A stretch of DNA of 64,000 nucleotides from contig JAPPFP010000023.1 of the NCBI GenBank assembly GCA_028877275.1, forward strand, positions 7,622-71,621. Direction: 5' to 3'. Source of the stretch: Acidobacteriota bacterium (lineage in GTDB: Bacteria; Acidobacteriota; Thermoanaerobaculia; Multivoradales; Multivoraceae). Positions 8,438 to 16,852 of the stretch are shown in pieces (the first letter of the stretch is position 1; each line of letters opens with the position of its first letter). Made by a program: the position numbers and the translations under genes. Under the pieces are notes generated by a model that was given only the letters and a program-made list of their open reading frames with translations, made no database searches and had not been told where the DNA came from.

Positions 8438-9025
8438 CTACTGGCGTGCCGCCCGCTCCGCCTGCATCGTTCGGCGCTCCTGCTGCAGCTCACGGACGTA
8501 GGCGACGACCGCCCAGCGGTCCTCGACCGTCAGCGGGTAGCGGTAGCCCGCCATCAGGCCGACGCCGTTCGTGATCACGTCGTACATCCGTCCGTCGTTG
8601 TAGGCGGCGATGCGTTCATCGTGGAGGGAGGCGGTGGGGGTGCTGGCGCGCTCGAACAGGATGCCCTGGCCCGTGCCGCGCTCGTCGTGGCAAGGCTGGC
8701 AGTAGATCGTGTAGCGGTTTTCGCCGCGGGCGAGGATGTCGCCGGTGACCGCGATCGGTGAGGTCTCCAGGAAGTAGCCCGCGTCGTCGCGGCCGAACAG
8801 CAGGCGGTGATCGACGTCGAGCTGCCCGCGCGCCACGGTGCCCGCGACCGGCTGGCGCATGGCCATGCCGTCATAGAAGAAGGCGCTCGCCTCCTGCGGG
8901 TCGTAGCGCTCCTGGTAGTCCATGTTCGGGTTGGGGTGGATCGGCGGGAATGGCGACGGCATGCCCCGGCAGCCGAGCAGGAGCAGAACGGCGGCCAGAG
9001 CCACGGCTTCGGGCAGCCGGCGCAT
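8438..9025 (-). CDS. actE: Alternative complex III monoheme lipoprotein subunit E
   Basis: Lipobox LLLLG-C; NMDYQERYDPQ..FFYDG.AMR.PVAGTVARG; CQPCH; DRWAVVAYVRELQ. Start overlaps the actB stop. Confidence 0.85.
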   Translation of the reverse strand: MRRLPEAVALAAVLLLLGCRGMPSPFPPIHPNPNMDYQERYDPQEASAFFYDGMAMRQPVAGTVARGQLDVDHRLLFGRDDAGYFLETSPIAVTGDILARGENRYTIYCQPCHDERGTGQGILFERASTPTASLHDERIAAYNDGRMYDVITNGVGLMAGYRYPLTVEDRWAVVAYVRELQQERRTMQAERAARQ

Positions 9026-12000
9026 CAGTGTGCGTCCTCGCCGTGCCCGGCGTCCTCGCCGTGGTCCTCGGCGGGCGGCGGCGCCGGTGTGATCTCGCGG
9101 TTCGGGTGGCGGATCTTCGCGAGATACGTCGTGCGCGGCTTCGTGTGCAGGTCGTCGAGCAGATTGTAGTTCCGGGGGCTCGCCTTGGCCTCGGAAACGC
9201 CGCTCGCCGCGTCCGTGATGTCGCCGAAGCGGATCGCTTCGGCCGGGCAGGCCTGCTGGCACGCGGTGACGACGTCGCCGTCGGCCAGACCCCGCCCGTC
9301 CTGCCTGGCGTCGACCTTGGCGCGGCTGATGCGCTGGACGCAGTACGTGCACTTCTCCATGACGCCCCGGGAACGGATCGTGACGTCCGGGTTCTTGCCC
9401 AGCTTCATCACCTCGGGAGTGTCCTTGGTGAAGTTGAAGTAGTTGAAGCGCCGCACCTTGTAGGGGCAGTTGTTCGAGCAGTAGCGGGTACCGATGCAAC
9501 GGTTGTAGACCATCGCGTTCAGCCCTTCGCTGTCGTGCACGGTGGCCGCGACCGGGCAGACCTGTTCGCAGGGCGCGTTCTCGCACTGCATGCAGGGCAC
9601 CGGCTGGAAGCTCGTCTGCGGCTCGGACGGGAGGTCGTGGACGAGGTCCTGGAGCATGCCGCCGAATTCGCCCTCGTCGGAGAAGTAGCGGTCGATGCGG
9701 AGCCAGTGCATCTCCCGGCCCTCCATCACCTGCTCCTTGCCGACGATCGGCACGTTGTTCTCGCTCTGGCAGGCGATCATGCAGGCGTTGCAGCCGACGC
9801 AGGCGTTCAGGTCGATCGTCATGCCCCACTGCGGGGAGTCCTGGTAGGTCCACTCGTCCCACATCGAGTTCTCGTGTGGCTTCTCGCTGTGGGCGGTCGC
9901 GAAGTCGGGATGCGCCTCGAAGTAGTCGAGATCGGCCTCGCGGACGATCGGACGCCCTTCCATCGAGTGGTGGTCCTGAGTCTGCGCCAGCGGGTACGTG
10001 CCGCCGGTCGGGCTGAGCGTGCCGCGGGAGAGATCGGGCGCTTCCGAGGTGCGCAGGAGGTAGGTGTTCCGCCCGGGAGCGTGGCCCCCGGCGTTGGCGG
10101 CGCTGGCGATGCGGCCCGGGAAGTCGCGACCGTAGCCGAGGTCGAGCGTCACCGTGTTGTCAGCCTGTCCCGGCACCTGCCAGACCGGCAGTTCGAGTTC
10201 CCGCCCGCCGGAAGCCAGCGTCACGAGGTCCTCGTTCTCGAGACCCAGCGCGCCGGCGGTGGCGGGGCTGATCAGGGCGGCGTTGTCCCAGGTCAGCTTG
10301 GTCATCGCGTCCGGCAGCTCCTGGAGCCAGCCGTTGTTGGCGAAGCGACCGTCGTGAATCGCCGGGGAACACCGGAAGACGATCTCCAGGTCGTCGCTCG
10401 CGGCGACCGCCTGGGCGGCGTTGCCCGCCGCCCGCAGCGCGGCCGCGCCATCCTCGGGCGCGATGGCGGGGAGATCGACCGCCGGCGGGGCACTGCCCTC
10501 CAGCAGGCCGTCGTGCAGGACCTTGCGCCAGGCGACTTCGAACTCGGAGAGCGCGACGGGGAAGGGCAGCGACATCGGGTCGACCGGAACCGCCTCTTCC
10601 GCTGCTGCATCTTCGCCCTCGCCGTCCGCGGTCGCTTCGGCTTCCGCCTCGGCTTCCGGCGCGGTCCCGGCGACGGCCGCCTCGTCGGCGTCCTCCTCGA
10701 GCGGCAGGCCGAGGATCCCGGACCAGGTCTCGCGGACCAGATCGCGGCCATCGCGGGACTCGCCCAGCGCGGCCAGCGCCAGCACTTCGACCAGGCTCTT
10801 CGCGCCGTAGAGCGGCTCGATCAGGGGTTGCACGACGCTCGCGGTGCCATCGGTGGCGCGGGCGTCGCCCCAGCTCTCGAGATAGTGGGCGAGCGGTACG
10901 TGCCAGCGCGCGAAGCGACTCGTCTCGTCCCGGTAGGCGCCGACGTGGATGACCGCGCCGGCATTGCCCAGGCTCTCGAGGGCGGCGGAGAAGTCGAGGT
11001 CGGCGGGAGCGTTGTAGGCGGGGTTGGCCCCCAGAACCAGCAGACGGTCTACCGCGCCTTCCTGGATCGCCGCCGCCAGGGCGGCAAGGTCCGCGTCGCT
11101 CGAACTGCCGCTGTCGGGCGTCCGGTGGTACGTCACCGTCGAGCCGGCGTTGCCGAGCGCCGAGTTCAGGGCGTAGACGGCGGCGTGGACGGCCGCCGGC
11201 TGGCGGTTGCCGGCGACGATCAGGCCGGCGCCGCGGTGGGCGATCAGGTCCTGCGCCAGTGCGTCGACCCACGCGTCGTCGATGTCCGCGGCCGGCGCGC
11301 CGCCGTCAAGCGGCAGTTCCAGCCCGTGTCCCGCGAGCGCGCTGCCGAGCCGGGCGACGAAGGTGGCGACGCGGCCGCTCTGCACGCGCAGGCGGTGGTC
11401 GGCGTTCGCCGCCGTGACCGAGTGGACACCGTCGACGGCGTAGTGGCGCAGCGGACTGCCGCCACCTTCCTCGTTCACGCGCCGTGCCCGCGAGTAGCCG
11501 CGCAGGTTGCGGACGCTGTCGCCCTCGGTGCTGAGGAAGTCGGAGTCCAGGGTTAGCAGGACCTGCGCGCGGTCCACGTGGTACAGCGCGTGGACGTGTT
11601 CACCGGCAGCGAGCGTCGTCCCCCGATCGGCGTTCTCCTCGCTCACCGGCTCCCAGGACACCCAGCGTGCCTGCGGATAGCGGTCGAGAAGCGCTTCCTT
11701 GAGCCGGACCAGGGTCGGCGACGAGGACGGCTCGGCGAGGATCGCGAAGCCCGAGCCGTCGGCCGCGGGGCCGAGGTCGCCTTCGGTCCAGGCGGCCACG
11801 AAGTCCTCCCAGGAGGATGCTTCGTCGCCGAACCGCACGGACTTGGACCGGTCCGGGTCGTACAGGTCGAGCATCGACGACTGAGCCCACACGCTCGACG
11901 CGCCTTCCGAGAACGGATGGAGCGCGTTGCCTTCGACCTTGGTGGGCCGGCCCTCGTGGCTCTCCACCAGCAGACCGAGCGCGCGGCTACCCAGCGGCAT

Positions 12001-12306
12001 CGTGGTGGCGTAGGCCAGCGGAACGCCAGGGACCATGCCTTCCGGGGCGTCGACGTAGGGGACGATGTGTTCGACGGGGCGGCGGATGATGTCGCAGCCG
12101 GTCAGGCCGGCGAGCGACGCCGTCCCGCCCAGCATGGCGAGCACGCTGCGCCGGCTGACGCCGTCCCGCAGCAAATCGGGAGGCGCTTCCGACGCGCCCT
12201 CCGGGAACTCCCGCTCGAGAAAGGCGACCGGCGCGGAATCGCCCTGAAGTTGCTCCAGGCTGCGCCAGTATGTTCTCTCCGGCCGCTTGCCGTTGCCACC
12301 GCTCAT
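9025..12306 (-). CDS. actB: Alternative complex III subunit B (molybdopterin oxidoreductase-like domain plus Fe-S domain)
   Basis: YWRSL..L leader and Tat-like SRRSVL; EGRPTKVEGN; DGRFANNGWLQELP; Fe-S motifs CVGCNAC, CMQC, CIGTRYCSNNC, CTYC. ATG at 12306 overlaps the actA stop. Confidence 0.92.
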   Translation of the reverse strand: MSGGNGKRPERTYWRSLEQLQGDSAPVAFLEREFPEGASEAPPDLLRDGVSRRSVLAMLGGTASLAGLTGCDIIRRPVEHIVPYVDAPEGMVPGVPLAYATTMPLGSRALGLLVESHEGRPTKVEGNALHPFSEGASSVWAQSSMLDLYDPDRSKSVRFGDEASSWEDFVAAWTEGDLGPAADGSGFAILAEPSSSPTLVRLKEALLDRYPQARWVSWEPVSEENADRGTTLAAGEHVHALYHVDRAQVLLTLDSDFLSTEGDSVRNLRGYSRARRVNEEGGGSPLRHYAVDGVHSVTAANADHRLRVQSGRVATFVARLGSALAGHGLELPLDGGAPAADIDDAWVDALAQDLIAHRGAGLIVAGNRQPAAVHAAVYALNSALGNAGSTVTYHRTPDSGSSSDADLAALAAAIQEGAVDRLLVLGANPAYNAPADLDFSAALESLGNAGAVIHVGAYRDETSRFARWHVPLAHYLESWGDARATDGTASVVQPLIEPLYGAKSLVEVLALAALGESRDGRDLVRETWSGILGLPLEEDADEAAVAGTAPEAEAEAEATADGEGEDAAAEEAVPVDPMSLPFPVALSEFEVAWRKVLHDGLLEGSAPPAVDLPAIAPEDGAAALRAAGNAAQAVAASDDLEIVFRCSPAIHDGRFANNGWLQELPDAMTKLTWDNAALISPATAGALGLENEDLVTLASGGRELELPVWQVPGQADNTVTLDLGYGRDFPGRIASAANAGGHAPGRNTYLLRTSEAPDLSRGTLSPTGGTYPLAQTQDHHSMEGRPIVREADLDYFEAHPDFATAHSEKPHENSMWDEWTYQDSPQWGMTIDLNACVGCNACMIACQSENNVPIVGKEQVMEGREMHWLRIDRYFSDEGEFGGMLQDLVHDLPSEPQTSFQPVPCMQCENAPCEQVCPVAATVHDSEGLNAMVYNRCIGTRYCSNNCPYKVRRFNYFNFTKDTPEVMKLGKNPDVTIRSRGVMEKCTYCVQRISRAKVDARQDGRGLADGDVVTACQQACPAEAIRFGDITDAASGVSEAKASPRNYNLLDDLHTKPRTTYLAKIRHPNREITPAPPPAEDHGEDAGHGEDAH

Positions 12307-12950
12307 CGGTGGCACCCCGTGCAGTCCTCGGGCGGCGCGAGCGCCCGTTCCGCGATCGCCAGTTCGGCGAAGGCCGCGTGGTCGCCGGTCGGCCTCCACT
12401 CCATGTCGGTCACCGCCTCGAGCGGCCGGAGGTGCGGACCCGGGTCGCGGTGACAGTCGAGGCACCAGCTCATGCTCAGGGGCTCCACCTGGTAAACGAC
12501 TTCCATCTCGTGGACCGGACCGTGGCAGGTGCCGCAGCCGACGCCGGCCCCGACGTGAACGCTGTGGTCGAAGAAGGCGTAGTCGGGCAGGTTGTGGATA
12601 CGCACCCAGCGCATCGGCCGATCCTGCTCGACGCTCTTGCGAATCGGCTCCAGCAGTTCGCTGTCCCGGGCGGCCACGTGGTGGCAGTTCATGCAGACCT
12701 GGGTCGGGGGAACGTTGGACACCGCCGATTCCTCAACCGAGGCGTGGCAGTAGCGGCAGTCGAGGCCCAGTTCGCCCACGTGGAGGGCGTGGCTGTAAGG
12801 CACGGGCTGCGCCGGGCGATAGCCGACGTCGGTGTACTCGGGCGAGAAAAACCACCAGATGCCGCCCACGACAACGGCACCGACGACCGGCAGGGCGACC
12901 GCCGCGTACAGCGGTAGCTTGAGGGTCCACTTGGGGAAGATCTGAGGCAA
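12303..12950 (-). CDS. actA: Alternative complex III pentaheme cytochrome c subunit A
   Basis: MPQIFP start, one TM helix, QPVPYSHALH. Five CxxCH motifs: CRYCH, CMNCH, CGTCH, CLDCH, CTGCH. Confidence 0.92.
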   Translation of the reverse strand: MPQIFPKWTLKLPLYAAVALPVVGAVVVGGIWWFFSPEYTDVGYRPAQPVPYSHALHVGELGLDCRYCHASVEESAVSNVPPTQVCMNCHHVAARDSELLEPIRKSVEQDRPMRWVRIHNLPDYAFFDHSVHVGAGVGCGTCHGPVHEMEVVYQVEPLSMSWCLDCHRDPGPHLRPLEAVTDMEWRPTGDHAAFAELAIAERALAPPEDCTGCHR

Positions 12951-13004
12951 GATTCCGTACCTTGAAGCAGGGTACGAAGCCCTGCCCGTCCTGCGGTCGC
13001 GCGG

Positions 13005-13010
13005 AGTGTA
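13005..13010 (-). promoter_or_regulatory. Candidate -10 box (TACACT) for the act operon
   Basis: TACACT on the minus strand about 55 nt upstream of the actA start. No clear -35 box. Confidence 0.4.
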
Positions 13011-13060
13011 CAGCGTGGGTTCGAGGCGGTCAAAGCCCGGCGCCGGGATAGGGTCGAGCC

Positions 13061-13717
13061 ATGTCCGAGGAGCGGCTTTCGGGCCCCGATGAGGGGGTAC
13101 AGAACACCGGCCCGCGACTCCTGAACCCCTGGGTTCTCGCGGCGCTGGCGGGTCTCGTCCTGATCCCGGCGATCAGGCCGCTGCTCCGGTTCGAGCCCGA
13201 CCCGCCGCCGGTCCTGCGGGAGTTGCCGCAGTGGCGGCTGGTCGACCAGAACGGAGAGGCGTTCGGCAGCGACGACCTGGCGGGCGAGGTCTACGTTGCC
13301 TCCTTCCTGTTCACGCGCTGCGCCACCGTCTGTCCGCGCCTCACGGCCTCGCTGCGCCAGTTGGAGCGTCGCTATCGCGAGGAGGGCGTGGAGGACGTGA
13401 GACTCGTGAGCTTCACGGTCGACCCGGCGCACGACACCCCGGATCTCCTCCGCGACTATGCGCGAAGCCGGAGCCTGGACCTGGAGCGCTGGAGTCTCGT
13501 CACCGGCGCCGAGCCGGAGATGCGTTCGGTGGTCGTCGACGGCTTCGCCCTGCCCATGGGAGAACGACTGGACCTCGCCGGCGGTCTGGTGGATGTCGCC
13601 CACGCGGCGCGGCTGGCTCTCGTCGACCGCGACGGCGGCGTTCGCGGCTACTACGGCTCGGATGCCGTTGGCCTGGACGAGGTCTTCCACCGCACCCGCC
13701 AGATCCTGGCCGAGTAG
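13061..13717 (+). CDS. SCO1/SenC family copper chaperone
   Basis: TM anchor; FTRCATVCP (CxxxCP); SFTVDPAHDTP; conserved His in VAHAARLALVD. Confidence 0.9.
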   Translation: MSEERLSGPDEGVQNTGPRLLNPWVLAALAGLVLIPAIRPLLRFEPDPPPVLRELPQWRLVDQNGEAFGSDDLAGEVYVASFLFTRCATVCPRLTASLRQLERRYREEGVEDVRLVSFTVDPAHDTPDLLRDYARSRSLDLERWSLVTGAEPEMRSVVVDGFALPMGERLDLAGGLVDVAHAARLALVDRDGGVRGYYGSDAVGLDEVFHRTRQILAE

Positions 13718-13749
13718 CGCCGGGACAGCGGGAACGGGCCGGACAAGGA

Positions 13750-13768
13750 CGCCGGCCTTCGGCCGGCG
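13750..13768. terminator. GC-rich hairpin between convergent genes (terminator or REP-like)
   Basis: CGCCGGCC-TTC-GGCCGGCG perfect stem; a near-identical copy lies at 52387-52404. Confidence 0.5.
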
Positions 13769-13772
13769 GCGT

Positions 13773-14936
13773 CTACCCGGCCGCCTGCGGCGGCAGCGGG
13801 TCAGAAGACCCGCGCACCCAGTCGGCCCGTTCCCGCTGTCCCGGCGGTTCCATCTCCAGGATCCACTGGCGGATCAGCTCCACGGCTTCGACGTCGACCA
13901 GGCCTCGGCCGATCTCGGGCATCGCGATGCCCGGGTGGGTCGACTCGAGCCGGTAGACGAGGATCGACTCGTCGGGCTTGCCGGGGACGACGGCGTAGAC
14001 GCGGTCGCCGGTGCCGAGGCCTGCGGCGACCGGGTGCTTGTAGACACCGAGGCGGGTGCGATTGTCGTGGTCCTTGCGCAGATCGAGGCCCGATGTTCGG
14101 CCGCTGCCCGTCAGGTTGTGGCAGTGGGCGCAGTTGATGTCGAGCCAGGTGCGCGCCCGCTCATCGACGCTGCCGGAGGCGGCGACGTCCCAGACCGGTG
14201 CCCGCGGCGCTTCCGCGGCCGGCGGCGCGCCCTCGAGGAAGCCGATGCGCCGCCATCGTTCGAGCTGGTTTTCCCGCAGGGTCGTGCCGTCGGGGTCGGC
14301 GTAGGTGTACTCGCGGTTCAGTTGCGCCGCCTGGGGCCCGATCGGCAGTACGCGCTCGCCGTCCGTCCGGTGACAGGTCTTGCACTGGTTCGCGTTCGGC
14401 ACCCGGTACGTGTGCTCGATCCTCGCGCCTCCCGCATCGATCCATGACGCCTCGAGCGGCCCGCCCACGATCGCGAGTTCAGCGTCGGTCAGCTCCGCGT
14501 TCCAGATGTACGGCAGGCCCACCCAACCACCTTCCTCGTGGATGAGCAGCCTGGTCTCAAGCGGCCGCAGGCCCTCCTCGGGAACCCTGAAGTCTGTCGG
14601 GTAGGCGAAGGTCTTCGAGATGACCGTGCCGACAGGGAACTCGAACGGGCCCTCTTCGCGGTAGAGCGCGGGTTCGACTTCGCCGTCAGGCCCTTCCGGC
14701 AGGCGCACGAAGCGGAACTTCAGCGCGTAGTCCGAGAACAGGGCCGTGTTCAGGTCGTAGGGCTCGACCCTTGCGGCCGGAATGTGGCTGGCAAGCTCTC
14801 CGGCGAACAGCCCCCAGGCCGAGAGCTTCTCCGGGTAGCGGGCGAACGGTCCCTGGCCGGAACCGCGCTCCCCGGCCCCGCAGCCCGCGAGCGCGGCGAT
14901 CGTCAGTGCCGCGGCTGCGAGCCTACGGAGCGCCAC
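13773..14936 (-). CDS. SO2930/HNE_0200-like diheme c-type cytochrome lipoprotein
   Basis: Lipobox LAG-C; YDLNTALFSDYALKFRF; FPVGTVISKTF; CKTCH and CAHCH; MPEIGR. Overlaps the upstream beta-helix gene, its usual partner. Confidence 0.8.
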   Translation of the reverse strand: MALRRLAAAALTIAALAGCGAGERGSGQGPFARYPEKLSAWGLFAGELASHIPAARVEPYDLNTALFSDYALKFRFVRLPEGPDGEVEPALYREEGPFEFPVGTVISKTFAYPTDFRVPEEGLRPLETRLLIHEEGGWVGLPYIWNAELTDAELAIVGGPLEASWIDAGGARIEHTYRVPNANQCKTCHRTDGERVLPIGPQAAQLNREYTYADPDGTTLRENQLERWRRIGFLEGAPPAAEAPRAPVWDVAASGSVDERARTWLDINCAHCHNLTGSGRTSGLDLRKDHDNRTRLGVYKHPVAAGLGTGDRVYAVVPGKPDESILVYRLESTHPGIAMPEIGRGLVDVEAVELIRQWILEMEPPGQRERADWVRGSSDPLPPQAAG

Positions 14937-16191
14937 CGGTCGCCGCGCCGAGATCGACCGGTTGCGGTACCGCCGGCAGCGAACCCTGATGCGCCGCCAG
15001 GTCCGTGCTCACGTTCGGCTCACCGCCCGCGAAGACGGAGCCGAGATCGAGATTCACGAAGTCGGCGTCGCCGTTGTTCTCGATGTACAGCCGCAGGTCC
15101 GCAGGCACCTTGCCGGCGACCAGCTTGTCCGGGTTCGAAACGCCGTCCCAGACGATGTCCGGAAAGGCGCCGCCCGCCAGGGCGACGAAGGCGTCCGCGA
15201 AGTCGCCATTCGGGCTCTCGCCGCCGCCGACGAACTCGTTGTCGTGGATGTAGACGCCCTCGGTGTAGGGGTCGTAGCCCGGGTCGTTGTAGGCGCGGCC
15301 GGTCGAGAGGTAGGAGATGACCGCCAGGTTCGAGTTCTGGTTGCGGTGGATCCGGTTCTCGAACAGCTCGACGTTGTCGCTGGCCATCACGATGATCCCC
15401 GAGCCGGCCGGGATCGTCGACACGATCGCGCCTTCCTTGCCGAAGTTCGGCAGGTTGTTCTCGACGATGTCGTTGTCGTACACGCGAGCATCGCGGCCGT
15501 CCTTGACGGGCAGTTCCGGCAGCGAGAAGACGAGCAGGCCACCGGTGTTGCCGTGGGCCCGGTTGCCGTAGACGTCGGCCCCGGTCGTGTTCTCGATCTC
15601 GATGCCGGCCACGTTCTCCCAGGCCTCGTTGCGCCGGACGACGACGTTGGCGGACTGGCCGACGTAGATGCCGGCGTCCGAGGCGCCGCGTACCCGGCTG
15701 TCCTCGATCAGGACGTTCGTGACCTGAACCGGGTAGAGGCCGTAGGCACCGTTGTTCGTGTCGGGTCCGTTCGTCCACTCGACCCGGACACTCCGGAAGG
15801 CGGCGCCGGTCGTGCCTTCCACCTTGATGCCGTCGCCCCTGGTGTTCTCGACCGCGAGGTTCTCGACCGTGAAGTCGTCGGCGGTCGCGAGGATTCCCTC
15901 GCCTCCCGTCCCCGGGGCCTGTGATGAGAAGTCGAGAATCGTGTCGTCCATGCCCTGGCCGCGTAGGGTCACGCCCTCGACATCGAGGGAGAGGGTGGCG
16001 TCGAGTTCGAAGCGACCGGCCGCGAGTTCGATGACCGCTCCGGGCTCGGCCGTCAGCAGCGCCTCCTGCAGCGTCCGGTGGTCATTGTCTCCGGGACGCA
16101 GCGTCGCGTCCTCCTGCGCGCAGGCTGCAAGCGTGAGCAGGCAGACCGAGGTGCAGAGGCAGTGTGTCCAAATGGCAGAGGAGTGCTTCAT
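14923..16191 (-). CDS. Parallel beta-helix repeat lipoprotein
   Basis: Lipobox LAA-C; NGAYGLYPV, GASDAGIYVGQS, NVAGIEIEN and NTGGLLVF repeats. Confidence 0.85.
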   Translation of the reverse strand: MKHSSAIWTHCLCTSVCLLTLAACAQEDATLRPGDNDHRTLQEALLTAEPGAVIELAAGRFELDATLSLDVEGVTLRGQGMDDTILDFSSQAPGTGGEGILATADDFTVENLAVENTRGDGIKVEGTTGAAFRSVRVEWTNGPDTNNGAYGLYPVQVTNVLIEDSRVRGASDAGIYVGQSANVVVRRNEAWENVAGIEIENTTGADVYGNRAHGNTGGLLVFSLPELPVKDGRDARVYDNDIVENNLPNFGKEGAIVSTIPAGSGIIVMASDNVELFENRIHRNQNSNLAVISYLSTGRAYNDPGYDPYTEGVYIHDNEFVGGGESPNGDFADAFVALAGGAFPDIVWDGVSNPDKLVAGKVPADLRLYIENNGDADFVNLDLGSVFAGGEPNVSTDLAAHQGSLPAVPQPVDLGAATGGAP

Positions 16192-16264
16192 GGCTGGGTT
16201 CCATCTCCGGGTCGTTACCTGGCCGGTCGAGTCATGCCATCATAGCCCTGAAGGGGGAGACTTC

Positions 16265-16783
16265 ATGGCCCGAAAGATCGTACTCGCCGCCCTCGTTGCC
16301 GGCCTCGCGGCCGCGGCGGCCGCGCGTGATGACGGACCGGTTCCCGAGCCAGAACCGATCGGCACGATGAGCGAGCTGATGATCAAGCTCATGTATCCGG
16401 CCTCGGACGCCATCCTCTACGTCGAGAGCCGGGCCCCGACCAACGAGGTCGAGTGGAACGAACTGCAGGCGCAGGCGCTCCTCCTCGCCGAGTCGGCCAA
16501 CCTGATCATGATGCCGAGCCGCGTGGTGGGGGACCGCGACGAGTGGATGCGCGACGCCCGGCTGATGTTCGATGCTGGCGCCGCGGCCTACGAGGCGGCC
16601 CTCGAGCAGGACCTGGACGCGCTGATCGCCCTGAACGAGCAGGTGTACATGTCCTGCGTCGTATGCCATCGCCGCACCCGGCCCGACTACGGGAGGAACT
16701 ACAAGCGCTTCGACGATCCGCCGGCCGAGGCCCTTCCTCCCGCTGAAGAAGCGCCTTCCGCGGAAGAAGGGCGGGCGCCATAG
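16265..16783 (+). CDS. Secreted class II (cytochrome c'-like) monoheme cytochrome
   Basis: ATG after GGGGGAG; signal peptide; helical body with a C-terminal CVVCH. Confidence 0.7.
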   Translation: MARKIVLAALVAGLAAAAAARDDGPVPEPEPIGTMSELMIKLMYPASDAILYVESRAPTNEVEWNELQAQALLLAESANLIMMPSRVVGDRDEWMRDARLMFDAGAAAYEAALEQDLDALIALNEQVYMSCVVCHRRTRPDYGRNYKRFDDPPAEALPPAEEAPSAEEGRAP

Positions 16784-16852
16784 ACGGCCGCCCCGGGCCG
16801 TTGCGAGGGCGACGCTGCTACGATGACGCGCCCAACTTCAGGAGGTCGGAAC

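Noticed and set aside
8438-9862. Extended N-termini in the ORF track (this one, and also 3403-5460, 19230-21815, 32408-34060, 48099-49670)
   Set aside because: The extensions run through upstream genes in another frame. True starts were reset using signal peptides, family N-termini and stop/start overlaps, so these are not fusions.
8758-11556. 932-aa plus-strand ORF
   Set aside because: Antisense to actB with no motifs; long stop-free shadow frames are expected at this GC content.
9025-12306. ActB as a catalytic Mo enzyme (nitrite oxidoreductase or nitrate reductase)
   Set aside because: It has the ActB-specific leader and fused Fe-S domain and lacks the N-terminal Fe-S motif of catalytic subunits; ActB is known to lack the Mo cofactor.
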